From sequence record OL780484.1: a stretch of 64,000 bases of DNA; one strand, given 5' to 3'. The stretch comes from Escherichia phage vB_EcoM-E33. Shown piece by piece: positions 50,791 to 59,860 of the stretch (its first letter is position 1; the number at the start of each line of letters is the position of its first letter). The position numbers were made by a program, and so were the translations under genes. Under the pieces are notes generated by a model. It was not told where the DNA came from. It searched no databases and worked only from the letters and a program-made list of their open reading frames with translations.

Positions 50791-51301
50791 TTAAGATATC
50801 CATGATTTTAAGCAATCCTTTGATAGGACCATTAGGACCAGGGATAGCTACAGTAGAAGTTATATCGTCGGCCCATGTAGCAACAAAGGCAGGCATATCC
50901 AGAAAATCTGGTACATCATCACCAAGATAAAGAGATTGTAGTACACTATCAACAGGACCAAATGTTTGAAATGGTTCGTGTGATTTAAATTTAAATGTCT
51001 TACCTTGGAACTGGAATTCAAGTCGTTGGCAAATATAAAGGTCATTTAAATTATATGTGAATCCATCTTTAGTTACTTTTTCTTTTAATCGTCCGTTGAA
51101 TTCTAAAAGGTGTAAAGCAGCAAAATCTGTTTCTGCTGCAGACAGTCCTTTACAAATGGATTCCATTGTCATATAGAGGGCCTTGTAAGGGTCCTTTTCA
51201 TCTTTAACCAATTTCTGGTGTTTAAGACCCAATTTAGGAATGGAAATCTCTTTGTCACCCAGCGTTATTTTCTTGATCGGGAGTATCAGTTTTAAGTTCA
51301 T
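50774..51301 (-). CDS. 28: gp28 baseplate hub distal subunit
   Basis: about 175 aa from the internal ATG ([17 protein letters not shown]); synteny. Confidence 0.7.
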   Translation of the reverse strand: MNLKLILPIKKITLGDKEISIPKLGLKHQKLVKDEKDPYKALYMTMESICKGLSAAETDFAALHLLEFNGRLKEKVTKDGFTYNLNDLYICQRLEFQFQGKTFKFKSHEPFQTFGPVDSVLQSLYLGDDVPDFLDMPAFVATWADDITSTVAIPGPNGPIKGLLKIMDILNEERI

Positions 51302-52424
51302 TTTTAACCTTCGGCGGTTCTTCAATCTTAATAGGCTTACCATTAGTAAACATATAAAGGTTTGTAATTGATGTATTGTTACTCACTTCATGAATAACTT
51401 CGTCTACATAAAAATCGTACTGGAATTGGTTTTTAGGGTCATAGAAATTAATCTTATCGCCTGGAGTTAGTTCAAAGTTACCATATACCTTACAATGAGC
51501 GTATCCATCGTATTGGGCCATAGTAACTAATCTATCGGCTTCTTCAAAACCGTTTCGGTAGGTATAATCAGAATATCCACCGGAGCGAGAAACCAATATA
51601 CTGTTTTGCCCGTCACCAAAAGTAATTCGTGTGGCGTTTTTGTCTAAGAAAGAGTGGGCGTATACAGTAGCGTTTTCATATGGTTTTCTGGAATGTTGGT
51701 TGGCTTTAGTTAACCATTCAAAATCAAATGCGATAGGTGTATCCATATCTTGAACGTATTGACCTATTAATCGCGGCTCACCCACTACAAAATTAATAGG
51801 CTCTTGGTTAACCATAAATTCGTAGTCCATGATAGAAATACCATCTATATCTTCCCAGACAAATACAAATTTATCAGATTCAACGGCCATACCTACTTCT
51901 CGTACAAATTCCATATAACGGTCCATTGAATCACACCAAGGAACATTAGGAACGTAAACGTTTATCCCGTTCAAAGGAGGAGCAAGAAGCGGACGGTCTT
52001 GATAAATAACACCAATCATTTCAGTTAATGTTTCTTGAACACTCGGGAAGAACATACGACTAAATTTAAGATTCTCTAAAAAGTGGATTGGGGCGAGTTG
52101 TATTGTTATGATATTGTCGCCCTTCGAATCCACTCCTACAGCAAAGTGTTTACTTCCATAAATTCTTGATTGGGTACGTTCAGAGTTAGCATTCTTAACA
52201 GAAATTTGAATAATCTGCTCACCGTCCATTTTAGTATGAAGGTTCTTTGCATCATAAAACTGAAGCAACCCTTCATTACTACCGTAAAGCCCATCTCGCA
52301 TTGTTAGAGTAGTAAATGTCGCGCCTAGTTCAACAAAACGATGCTCTAACCAGGCGTCATAATCTTCGTAAAGGCGTATACTAATATTAGGAAAGCCTTC
52401 ACGTTGCATAGTTTTTGAACTCAT
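51255..52424 (-). CDS. 27: gp27 baseplate hub subunit
   Basis: 389 aa; size and synteny match T4 gp27. Confidence 0.8.
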   Translation of the reverse strand: MSSKTMQREGFPNISIRLYEDYDAWLEHRFVELGATFTTLTMRDGLYGSNEGLLQFYDAKNLHTKMDGEQIIQISVKNANSERTQSRIYGSKHFAVGVDSKGDNIITIQLAPIHFLENLKFSRMFFPSVQETLTEMIGVIYQDRPLLAPPLNGINVYVPNVPWCDSMDRYMEFVREVGMAVESDKFVFVWEDIDGISIMDYEFMVNQEPINFVVGEPRLIGQYVQDMDTPIAFDFEWLTKANQHSRKPYENATVYAHSFLDKNATRITFGDGQNSILVSRSGGYSDYTYRNGFEEADRLVTMAQYDGYAHCKVYGNFELTPGDKINFYDPKNQFQYDFYVDEVIHEVSNNTSITNLYMFTNGKPIKIEEPPKVKNELKTDTPDQENNAG

Positions 52425-53173
52425 TTCTTAAGGTCCTTTTCAACCAAAGACAAAGCAATACCGCGTTCGATTGGAATCATCTGCATAATGCTTTCTAATG
52501 AATAATTGTTCTTTACCAATAAATGGTTTATTTGGTAAAATAAAAATATCTCATCCGGATTGACTATAAGCTTAAACACCTCTAAAATATCGGTATACGT
52601 AATTGTTCTACGATTACAGCACCCATATTTGAGTTCGAAATGAATAGGGCTAGTTTGTTTAACTATATCCTCTAAAGTGGATAAGTCTATAGCATCTATT
52701 ACGGCTAATTGGTCTTCTTCAGAAAGGTCAGTCCAATTATATTTCCCGTTTTCATCTTCCACGGTTTGGAGGGTGTTCAGAATCAATTCGGATTTGTCTT
52801 GATATTCTATTTCTGGAAATTTGAATGTTAGCTTCAAGCCGGCCACTTCAATTGTGGGATTATCTAACTTGGTCTGTTTCAAATTGAATAAAACTTGTCT
52901 ATCCTTTTCACACTTACTACAAGTGTATCGGATAGGAATTTTGGTCTTGCCGAGTGATGACGTATAAAGTTCAATGAACATATATGGGCGCCATGACATA
53001 GGATATTCACCGAAGTATTCTTCCAGTAACTCATCTAAAATTTGTTTTTGCTCTTCAGGCGATTTATTATTCATGTCATTTCGAATCAAAATAAAATCAC
53101 GATAATCAGCTACTGTAAAAGGTTTAAATCGGTGGACTCCATCAGGCATTTCACAACGTACTATATTAGCCAT
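52421..53173 (-). CDS. 51: gp51 baseplate hub assembly catalyst
   Basis: 250 aa from the internal ATG preceded by GAGGA (MANIVRCEM); synteny. Confidence 0.7.
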   Translation of the reverse strand: MANIVRCEMPDGVHRFKPFTVADYRDFILIRNDMNNKSPEEQKQILDELLEEYFGEYPMSWRPYMFIELYTSSLGKTKIPIRYTCSKCEKDRQVLFNLKQTKLDNPTIEVAGLKLTFKFPEIEYQDKSELILNTLQTVEDENGKYNWTDLSEEDQLAVIDAIDLSTLEDIVKQTSPIHFELKYGCCNRRTITYTDILEVFKLIVNPDEIFLFYQINHLLVKNNYSLESIMQMIPIERGIALSLVEKDLKK

Positions 53174-53193
53174 AGGGTGTCCTCTTATTGATG

Positions 53194-53201
53194 TATTTAT
53201 A
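53194..53201 (-). promoter_or_regulatory. late promoter TATAAATA (minus strand) for the gp51-27-28-29-48-54 operon
   Basis: part of the palindrome TATTTATAAATA. Confidence 0.55.
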
Positions 53202-53205
53202 AATA
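53198..53205 (+). promoter_or_regulatory. late promoter TATAAATA (plus strand) for gp26-gp25
   Basis: exact TATAAATA 19 nt upstream of the gp26 ATG. Confidence 0.6.
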
Positions 53206-53223
53206 AGCTTAAAGGAGAAGACA

Positions 53224-53847
53224 ATGAATTATACTTTTGACGTAAAAATTAAAAACAAAACCATAAAATGCAGAGCATTTACCCTCAGAGAGTATAAGGA
53301 CTTGCTCCAAGCTAAATTAGAAGGCAGAATAGAGTCCTTTATCAATGAACTCATTTCGAATTGCACAGATGCTCGTGATTTAAACAAGCAAGAATCTGAG
53401 CTCCTGGTGATAAACCTGTGGGCCCATTCATTAGCTGAAGTGAATATAGAACGTGAGTGGAGTTGTAGTTGTGGCCGCTCACAGGTTGTCCCTATGACAC
53501 TAACTCGAGCAACATTGGGTAAAGAGCCGGATGTTATTAAAGACTTTGGCAACTTTAAAATTGTTTTCAGATATCCTAAACTCTTTGAAGATAAAAATAG
53601 AGCTATGATGGTCGCAGGGTGTATCGATTATATTTTAACTTCTGCAGGCGAAAAGCTTCTTCTTTCCGATTTAAGCGATGCGGAACTTGATGACCTTTAT
53701 TCTGTGATAACAGAAAAAGATATAAAAGAAGTTTATGATGCACTAGTCGCCCCTAAGCCTATTTTGGCTATACCTATTTCTTGTGAATGTGGTGAACACA
53801 CCGTCCACGTTATTGAGGGACTTAAAGAGTTCTTTAAGGTGATGTAA
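53224..53847 (+). CDS. 26: gp26 baseplate hub subunit
   Basis: 207 aa; synteny 51 / 26-25. Confidence 0.75.
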   Translation: MNYTFDVKIKNKTIKCRAFTLREYKDLLQAKLEGRIESFINELISNCTDARDLNKQESELLVINLWAHSLAEVNIEREWSCSCGRSQVVPMTLTRATLGKEPDVIKDFGNFKIVFRYPKLFEDKNRAMMVAGCIDYILTSAGEKLLLSDLSDAELDDLYSVITEKDIKEVYDALVAPKPILAIPISCECGEHTVHVIEGLKEFFKVM

Positions 53848-54236
53848 TGAATATCAATAAAATGTATTCAGATTTAGACCCTGAAATGAGGACGTCTTGG
53901 AATAGAGACGTCGCTAAAGCTACAGGTGCTCGCGCAGTAAAAAATAGTTTGTTAGGCATTATTACTACTCGCAAGGGTTCGCGCCCTTTTATGCCTGAAT
54001 TCGGTTGTGACATCAGCAACCAATTGTTTGAGAATATTACTCCATTAATCACAGACACCATTAAGCGTAATATAGTTTCCGCAGTGCGGAACTTCGAACC
54101 TAGAATTTCTGCTCTAGCTGTAGGTGTGACACCTGTGTACGATGATAACTCGATTATCGTGACCGTTCAGTTTAGTATCGTTGATGACCCAGATACATTA
54201 GAGCAAATTAGAATCCAGCTCTCGCAGAGTGGTTAA
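53847..54236 (+). CDS. 25: gp25 baseplate wedge protein
   Basis: 129 aa; similarity to remembered T4 gp25 (INK-YSD-DPEM, SLLGIITTRKGSRPF-PEFGCD-S-QLFEN-TPL, AVRN-EPRI). Confidence 0.9.
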   Translation: MNINKMYSDLDPEMRTSWNRDVAKATGARAVKNSLLGIITTRKGSRPFMPEFGCDISNQLFENITPLITDTIKRNIVSAVRNFEPRISALAVGVTPVYDDNSIIVTVQFSIVDDPDTLEQIRIQLSQSG

Positions 54237-54263
54237 TTGCTGTTCAAATGAATAGTGTATAAT
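54236..54263 (+). promoter_or_regulatory. middle-type promoter upstream of uvsY (TTGCTGTTCA, about 12 nt, TATAAT)
   Basis: motifs read from sequence. Confidence 0.45.
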
Positions 54264-54294
54264 GGTCCTATGGTTATTACACAGGAAACATGCG

Positions 54295-54729
54295 ATGAGT
54301 AAAGAGATTGAGTACAAGTTGGAGTCGTTTCAAGATGCTTTGGATGAAGATTTAAAGATTGATGGAACTCGTTTACAATATGAAGTACAGAACAACGTTT
54401 TGCTGCACAGCAAATGGCTAAGGCTGTATACGAATTGTAAGAAAGAAATAATGAGATTAGAAATCCAGAAAAAGACCTCACTTAAGAAGCGATTAGATTT
54501 CTACACGGGACGTGGAGAGCCTGGTGATGAGGTTTGTATGGACCAATATGAGAAATCTGAATTAAAGACCGTTATGGCTGCGGATTCTAGTGTAATTAAA
54601 ATCGACACATCAATTCAGTATTGGGCTTTATTACAAGACTTTTGTAGTTCAGCACTTGATGCTATTAAGGCGCGTGGTTTTAACCTTAAGACCATGCATG
54701 AGATGAGACAATTTGAGGCGGGCAAATGA
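54295..54729 (+). CDS. uvsY: UvsY recombination mediator
   Basis: 144 aa from MSKEIEY; similarity to remembered T4 UvsY (T-LQYE, MD-YEKSE-KTV, DTS-QYW-L-DFCS-ALDAIK-RGF, FEAGK). Confidence 0.85.
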   Translation: MSKEIEYKLESFQDALDEDLKIDGTRLQYEVQNNVLLHSKWLRLYTNCKKEIMRLEIQKKTSLKKRLDFYTGRGEPGDEVCMDQYEKSELKTVMAADSSVIKIDTSIQYWALLQDFCSSALDAIKARGFNLKTMHEMRQFEAGK

Positions 54730-54830
54730 GTTATCGTAAACCAGTCATCAATAAATGCCCTAAACCATCTAAAGAGCGGATGGACGAACTCCAAAAATTC
54801 ATTAATGCTGCTTTAGCAAGTAATAAATAG
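54726..54830 (+). CDS. small basic ORF, 34 aa (uvsY.-1 position)
   Basis: ATGA overlap with the uvsY stop. Confidence 0.25.
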   Translation: MSYRKPVINKCPKPSKERMDELQKFINAALASNK

Positions 54831-54858
54831 GTATGTAAGTTAAACTAAGGAGACAATC

Positions 54859-55026
54859 ATGTCAGATAAGATTTGCGTTGTCTGTAAAACTCCAATCGAT
54901 GCTGCATTGGTTGTTGAAACAGAAAAAGGTCCGGTTCATCCGGGCTCATGCTATAATTACGTTCAAAGCCTGCCTGTTACGGAAAACACTGAAGAACAGC
55001 TGAACGAAACCCAATTACTACTTTAG
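54859..55026 (+). CDS. small protein, 55 aa, with CxxC and GSC motifs (uvsY.-2 position)
   Basis: ATG after AAGGAGAC; followed by a terminator. Confidence 0.4.
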   Translation: MSDKICVVCKTPIDAALVVETEKGPVHPGSCYNYVQSLPVTENTEEQLNETQLLL

Positions 55027-55055
55027 TCTAGTGTGTATAGCCATTTATGGTTATT

Positions 55056-55084
55056 GGCCCTTCCGAAAGGTTGGGCCTTTTTTG
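55056..55084 (+). terminator. intrinsic terminator (ggccc ... gggcc stem plus TTTTTT)
   Basis: hairpin plus T-run. Confidence 0.55.
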
Positions 55085-55085
55085 T

Positions 55086-55313
55086 TTAGAAATCTTCCTC
55101 TTCCTCGTCGTCCATCGACTCCAATTCAGCTCTCTTACCAGCCAATGCATCACGCACGCTAATATCGTCCGAATCACGAAGTTCAGCTTCCTTACTACGA
55201 GTTTTGTAATACTTCTCTAGTTCCTTCAGACCGTCCATAGTCTGACAAGAACCAATTTTAGCCATGAAGCTTTCAATAGATGCTTCTTGAATAACTTCTT
55301 TAAAGGTTTTCAT
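55086..55313 (-). CDS. uvsW.1: UvsW.1
   Basis: 75 aa acidic ORF overlapping the uvsW stop by ATGA. Confidence 0.7.
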   Translation of the reverse strand: MKTFKEVIQEASIESFMAKIGSCQTMDGLKELEKYYKTRSKEAELRDSDDISVRDALAGKRAELESMDDEEEEDF

Positions 55314-56806
55314 AAATCCACCTGTTTCATTACGTAATTAAATTTCTCATCAGCATAACGTTGAATACGTTCTAAAGCGTGTTTGAGGGCGTAGTTCAAA
55401 TGAACATATTTCTTTTTAGCCGTAGCTGATTTAGGCTTAACACCCATGTCGTCGATGATATCCCACACCTGTGCTGTTGATTTAGAGGCATGTTTACGGA
55501 GTACACGACCAATTGTCTGGAGTACAATGATTTTAGATTTTACTGGATGGGCAAATACAACGTGGTGAAGGTTCTTAACGGAAATACCAGTAGAGAACAC
55601 ACCATAACTTGCCACAACAATAATACCCTTACCATTTTCCGCCATTACTTTCAGAGCATTACGCGTTTCGGTATTAACTTCACCTGATACGTAATAAACT
55701 TCTTTATGTTGCTCTTTAACCATTTCAAAAAGAGTTTTACCGTGTTCGATGTTTTTAAACATCAGGAATACGTTCTCTTCTTTCTTAGCGAGTTTAACAG
55801 CTAAATTAGCAACCCATTTATTACGACGAGTAGCCTTAGTAATGACCTTGATTTCTGATTGGTAATCTTTACCTTTCATTTTAACCGTGAATTCGTCTGG
55901 GTATCGAAGGAAAATACTGTTGATTTTAAGGTCAGTAACCTGTCCTTCTTCCATTAACTGGGAGGTGGATACTGGCTTAAACACATCACCAAACAAACCC
56001 ATATATTGCATTAAATTAGCTTTACCATCTTTTAAAGAACCAGACAAACCGAATTTAAACATACAGTTGGTTAGGCCTTCGATGATAGTAGAAATAGATT
56101 TACCTGTAGCCAAATGGCATTCGTCGTTCATAAACATACCGAACTGAGCAAACCATTCTTTAGGTTGCTTGATAGCGGTTTGATAAGTTGAAACATAAAT
56201 CATTGCATCGGAATCACGAGCAGTACCTGAACGAATACCAAGCATTGCGGCTTTAGGGAACAGACGATAATCGATGAAGTCGTTAATCATCTGGTCGACA
56301 AGTGCAGTAGTAGGAACTAAGATGAGGATTTTACCTTCATAGTTCTCAACGTAATATCGACTCAGGAGCGCCTGGATTAATGATTTACCTGCGGATGTAG
56401 GTAAATTCAGAATTGCACGACGTTTTGTCAGGCCGTTGTATACGGCTTCATTCTGATACCAATGAGGCTCAATCTTGGTAGACCCTGAATAAATTTCTTG
56501 AGAAGCTACCCATGAATCAAAATCTTCACGAGAAATATCTTCCTGTTCAAGAATACGTGGGTCAATCCACAGAGAGTATTCAAATTGTTCAGCGAACTTT
56601 TTAATTTGAGGGACCAATCCATAAGGAAGTTTACGGTTGTAATCCAGAAGGCGAATACGTCCGTCCCATTGGCCATAACGAAATTTAGGGTTGAATTTAT
56701 ATCCATCAGCTTCAAAGCTAAAATAGTCTCTGAGTTCGTAGAATGTAGATTCATCGCATTCAATACGGACATGACTAAAATTATCAAAATGTACTTGAAT
56801 TTGCAT
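55310..56806 (-). CDS. uvsW: UvsW SF2 DNA helicase
   Basis: 498 aa; Walker A-like LNLPTSAGKS; helicase motifs; synteny. Confidence 0.85.
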   Translation of the reverse strand: MQIQVHFDNFSHVRIECDESTFYELRDYFSFEADGYKFNPKFRYGQWDGRIRLLDYNRKLPYGLVPQIKKFAEQFEYSLWIDPRILEQEDISREDFDSWVASQEIYSGSTKIEPHWYQNEAVYNGLTKRRAILNLPTSAGKSLIQALLSRYYVENYEGKILILVPTTALVDQMINDFIDYRLFPKAAMLGIRSGTARDSDAMIYVSTYQTAIKQPKEWFAQFGMFMNDECHLATGKSISTIIEGLTNCMFKFGLSGSLKDGKANLMQYMGLFGDVFKPVSTSQLMEEGQVTDLKINSIFLRYPDEFTVKMKGKDYQSEIKVITKATRRNKWVANLAVKLAKKEENVFLMFKNIEHGKTLFEMVKEQHKEVYYVSGEVNTETRNALKVMAENGKGIIVVASYGVFSTGISVKNLHHVVFAHPVKSKIIVLQTIGRVLRKHASKSTAQVWDIIDDMGVKPKSATAKKKYVHLNYALKHALERIQRYADEKFNYVMKQVDL

Positions 56807-56819
56807 AAGTAATTCTCAG

Positions 56820-56827
56820 TTATAAAT
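56820..56827 (+). promoter_or_regulatory. late promoter TATAAATA for inh-hoc
   Basis: exact motif about 34 nt upstream of the inh ATG. Confidence 0.55.
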
Positions 56828-56833
56828 ATAGTT

Positions 56834-56841
56834 ATATTTAT
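56834..56841 (-). promoter_or_regulatory. late promoter TATAAATA (minus strand) for uvsW, divergent from the inh promoter
   Basis: plus-strand TATTTATA about 27 nt upstream of the uvsW ATG. Confidence 0.5.
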
Positions 56842-56861
56842 ACACCAACAAGAGACTAATT

Positions 56862-57533
56862 ATGGATACTCAATATATTGAAGAGCTTCGTGCACTCGAA
56901 GATAAAAAAGAAGCTAAAGCTAAGTTAATCGAATACGGCGAACAGTTTGGTTTAAAACTTAAGAAAACCCGTTCGTTTGATAATTTGATTATCGATATCT
57001 CTGAAGGCCTTAAAGCCTTGGCTGACGAACCACTTCCGGAAACCGAAGGGTTGTCCATTTCTGATTTGATTGATGCTGCTGATGAACTCACTGGTGATAA
57101 AGATTTTATCGAAGGTGTAGAACCAGCTAAAGAAGAAGCAACCCTGTTGTTCGATGCCCCTGAGGCTGCAGTAGAAGTCGTTGAGGTAGCCGAACTTCCT
57201 AAGGTAGAGATTATCGAAGAGGATGTTCCATTTGACGAAGAGAAATTCAAAGGGGCTATAGCCAAGGTTGTTGAATCTGAAAAACCTGTATTCTCTTTAC
57301 CTGAAAACTTCAGTCCTAATCTTTTGCTTATCGGTAAGAACCCAGGTTATTGCACCGTTCCTTGGTGGATTTACCAATGGATTTCTGAGACTCCGGATTG
57401 GAAAGAACGTCCAACTGCTTTCCAACATCCTTCTGCCCACCAAACATTATTTAGTCTGATTTATTACATTAATCGTAATGGTTCAGTATTAGTACGTGAA
57501 ACTCGTAACTCATCTTTTGTCACTTTAAAATAA
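56862..57533 (+). CDS. inh: Inh-like protein (inhibitor of prohead protease), by position and size
   Basis: 223 aa; synteny uvsW-inh-hoc. Confidence 0.5.
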   Translation: MDTQYIEELRALEDKKEAKAKLIEYGEQFGLKLKKTRSFDNLIIDISEGLKALADEPLPETEGLSISDLIDAADELTGDKDFIEGVEPAKEEATLLFDAPEAAVEVVEVAELPKVEIIEEDVPFDEEKFKGAIAKVVESEKPVFSLPENFSPNLLLIGKNPGYCTVPWWIYQWISETPDWKERPTAFQHPSAHQTLFSLIYYINRNGSVLVRETRNSSFVTLK

Positions 57534-57542
57534 GGGTTTATT

Positions 57543-58391
57543 ATGGCTTATACCGTAGATATGGCTCCTTTGGCGGCTACGGCCGTTATTGGAGCAACAA
57601 CCAATTTCACTGCGACCGGTTCCGGTGCTGCAGCTGAAGGTACCGAATCATTTGTCTGGACCGTTGATGGCGTTCCTCAATCTTCTGTGACTGCTGCAAT
57701 GGATTATGTTGCTGTTGGCCCGGCAGGCAGCAAGACTATTAAAGTTGTTGCAACAACTACACCGGCGGACGGCGAACCAGAAACAGCTGAAGCCGAAACA
57801 ACTTTAACTATCCAGAATAAAACCATTTCCGGTGTTTCTGTGACATTAACCCCAGCTTCGATTAATGTTCCGGAAGGCACTCCAGCTTCTTTTAAAGCGG
57901 ATGTGGTCGGCGCTCCTGCCGGCGCTACTTTTGCCTATTCTTGGAAGAAAGACGGTTCTCCTGCAGTTGGCACCACGGATACTCTAGCAATCGACACAAG
58001 CACTGAAGGTTCACAGGTTATTGAAGTTTCTGTTGTGGTTTCGGCGACTGATTATGACCCTGCGACTGTCACAAAAACCGGTAATGTAACAGTCACGGCT
58101 GAAGTCGCACCAGTTCCGGATGGTGAACTACCTTACGTTCATCCGCTGCCGGTACGTAATTCGGCTTATATTTGGTGCGGTTGGTGGGTTATGGACGAAA
58201 TTCAGAAAATGACTCTTGCTGGTCAAGACTGGAAAACAGATAACCCAGATAGCCCGTATTATTTGCACCGATACACACTTCAAAAAATGATTACCGACTA
58301 TCCAGAGGTTGATGTACAAGAATCTCGTAATGGTCGAATTATTCATCGCACCGCTTTAGAAGCTGGTATTATATACGATTACGTTTACTAA
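57543..58391 (+). CDS. hoc: Hoc outer capsid decoration protein, short form
   Basis: 282 aa; C-terminus LPYVHPLP, AYIWCGWWVMDEIQKMT, DWKTD-PDS-YYLHRYTLQKM, YPEVDVQESRNG matches the remembered T4 Hoc capsid-binding domain. Confidence 0.85.
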   Translation: MAYTVDMAPLAATAVIGATTNFTATGSGAAAEGTESFVWTVDGVPQSSVTAAMDYVAVGPAGSKTIKVVATTTPADGEPETAEAETTLTIQNKTISGVSVTLTPASINVPEGTPASFKADVVGAPAGATFAYSWKKDGSPAVGTTDTLAIDTSTEGSQVIEVSVVVSATDYDPATVTKTGNVTVTAEVAPVPDGELPYVHPLPVRNSAYIWCGWWVMDEIQKMTLAGQDWKTDNPDSPYYLHRYTLQKMITDYPEVDVQESRNGRIIHRTALEAGIIYDYVY

Positions 58392-58395
58392 TTAT

Positions 58396-58415
58396 GGGCC
58401 GCAAGGCCCATTTTG
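58396..58415 (+). terminator. intrinsic terminator after hoc (gggcc-GCAA-ggccc plus ATTTTG)
   Basis: hairpin plus short T-run. Confidence 0.5.
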
Positions 58416-58435
58416 CATTAAAGTACAAAATTCCT

Positions 58436-58465
58436 GTTTACAAGTTAAAAATTCTATGTTAAGAT
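58436..58465 (+). promoter_or_regulatory. T4-type early promoter (GTTTACA, 17 nt, TAAGAT)
   Basis: motif read from sequence. Confidence 0.4.
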
Positions 58466-58494
58466 GGGTTTACCAACTCAACGAGAGAATTGAT

Positions 58495-58704
58495 ATGGAT
58501 AAGGTTAAAGTACATTTTTTACACGAATCTGGGTTGAATTTTATAGAAATTGCTAAAAAAATGGGCGGGACCGCTAAGGATATGGCCAAAGCATGGGTTG
58601 ATGTAGAACAAGCCAAGGCCAAATTTAAAGCGAAAGAAAAGGTTGTTTATCGTAAAAGATTGAACAACAAGGTTCGGCGCAAAGCGCGTTCTGGTTCAAA
58701 GTAA
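58495..58704 (+). CDS. small protein, about 69 aa, with a possible HTH and a basic C-tail
   Basis: internal ATG of ORF 58456..58704; ESGLNFIEIAKKMGGTAKDMAKAW then RKRLNNKVRRKARSGSK. Confidence 0.45.
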   Translation: MDKVKVHFLHESGLNFIEIAKKMGGTAKDMAKAWVDVEQAKAKFKAKEKVVYRKRLNNKVRRKARSGSK

Positions 58705-58732
58705 TATGCTTTAAATTTAGGTGTGATATAAT
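58705..58732 (+). promoter_or_regulatory. MotA-type middle promoter upstream of rnlB (TGCTTTA, 13 nt, TATAAT)
   Basis: motifs read from sequence. Confidence 0.45.
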
Positions 58733-58818
58733 GGGTCTAGGTCCTTCCGTTAAACCATTTGGCTTGGTGACAGAAGACTACTAGCTCTTCTATTTAATTA
58801 TATTTATTATGGTGATTT

Positions 58819-59826
58819 ATGTTCAAGAAATATAGCAGTCTCGAAAACCACTACAACAGTAAGTTTATCGAAAAACTCCGTACTAACGGTTTGACTGGTG
58901 GTGAATGGGTAGCACGTGAGAAGATTCATGGAACCAACTTTAGTTTAATCATAGAACGTGACGCAGTCACATGCGCCAAGCGCACTGGCCCTATCCTCCC
59001 TGCTGAAGATTTCTATGGTTATGAAATTGTACTTAAGAACTATGCTGATTCTATTAAATCTGTTCAACATCTAATCGAATCGATTAATTACCAGTCATAT
59101 CAGATTTACGGCGAATTCGCTGGGACAGGTATCCAGAAGAATGTGGACTACGGCGATAAAGACTTTTATGTGTTCGATATCCGAGTTACTAAAGAAGATG
59201 GCTCAGAATCTGTTCTAACCGATACATTGATGGAAGCCTTCTGTATTATCCATAAGTTTAAGGTAGCTCCATGTCTGGCCACTGGTAGCTTTGAAGACCT
59301 TATTAAACTTCCTAATGATTTTGATTCAGTTGTTCCTGATTATAATTTTGCAGTGGATAACGCAGGCTTAACTATTGCAAACTCAACCGATTTTATTCCT
59401 AAGGTAGAAGGTAAGGTATTCACGGCTGAAGGCTTTGTATTGAAACCTGATGTTCCTACCTGGCTTCCAAACGGAAATCGTGTGGCGATTAAATGTAAGA
59501 ACTCTAAATTCAGCGAGAAGAAAAAGTCTGATAAGCCTATTAAAGTTGCAGTGGTATTGTCCCAAGACGATATGGATTTGATGTGGCAATTCACCGATTA
59601 TGTGACTGTTAACCGCATTAACAATGTCATCAGTAAGATTGGCGAAGTATCGCCGAAGGATTTCGGAAAGGTGATGGGCTTGACAGTCCAGGATATCCTT
59701 GAAGAAGCCGCCCGTGAAGAATTGGAATTAACTGATGCGGAAAATCCCGTTGAAGTTAAAAAGCAGCTCGTTGAGTGCGTAAAAGAAACATTAAGACATG
59801 TATGGATTGAACTAGTATCCAAATAA
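58819..59826 (+). CDS. rnlB: RNA ligase 2
   Basis: 335 aa; very high similarity to remembered T4 Rnl2 ([58 protein letters not shown]). Confidence 0.95.
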   Translation: MFKKYSSLENHYNSKFIEKLRTNGLTGGEWVAREKIHGTNFSLIIERDAVTCAKRTGPILPAEDFYGYEIVLKNYADSIKSVQHLIESINYQSYQIYGEFAGTGIQKNVDYGDKDFYVFDIRVTKEDGSESVLTDTLMEAFCIIHKFKVAPCLATGSFEDLIKLPNDFDSVVPDYNFAVDNAGLTIANSTDFIPKVEGKVFTAEGFVLKPDVPTWLPNGNRVAIKCKNSKFSEKKKSDKPIKVAVVLSQDDMDLMWQFTDYVTVNRINNVISKIGEVSPKDFGKVMGLTVQDILEEAAREELELTDAENPVEVKKQLVECVKETLRHVWIELVSK

Positions 59827-59834
59827 ACGATAAA

Positions 59835-59860
59835 GGGACCTTACGGTCCCTTTTATTTTT
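59835..59860. terminator. bidirectional terminator between convergent rnlB and gene 24 copy A (gggacc-UUAC-ggtccc, T-runs on both sides)
   Basis: hairpin with flanking T/A runs. Confidence 0.55.

Noticed and set aside
50774-51343. Full-length track call for gp28 overlapping gp27 by 89 nt
   Set aside because: The internal ATG at 51301 gives the conserved MNLKLILP N-terminus; the longer form is probably read-through of the frame upstream of the true start.
55086-56806. uvsW and uvsW.1 as one frameshifted gene
   Set aside because: The two frames overlap by ATGA in the usual coupling arrangement and T4 UvsW.1 is known as a separate small protein; no evidence of a frameshift.
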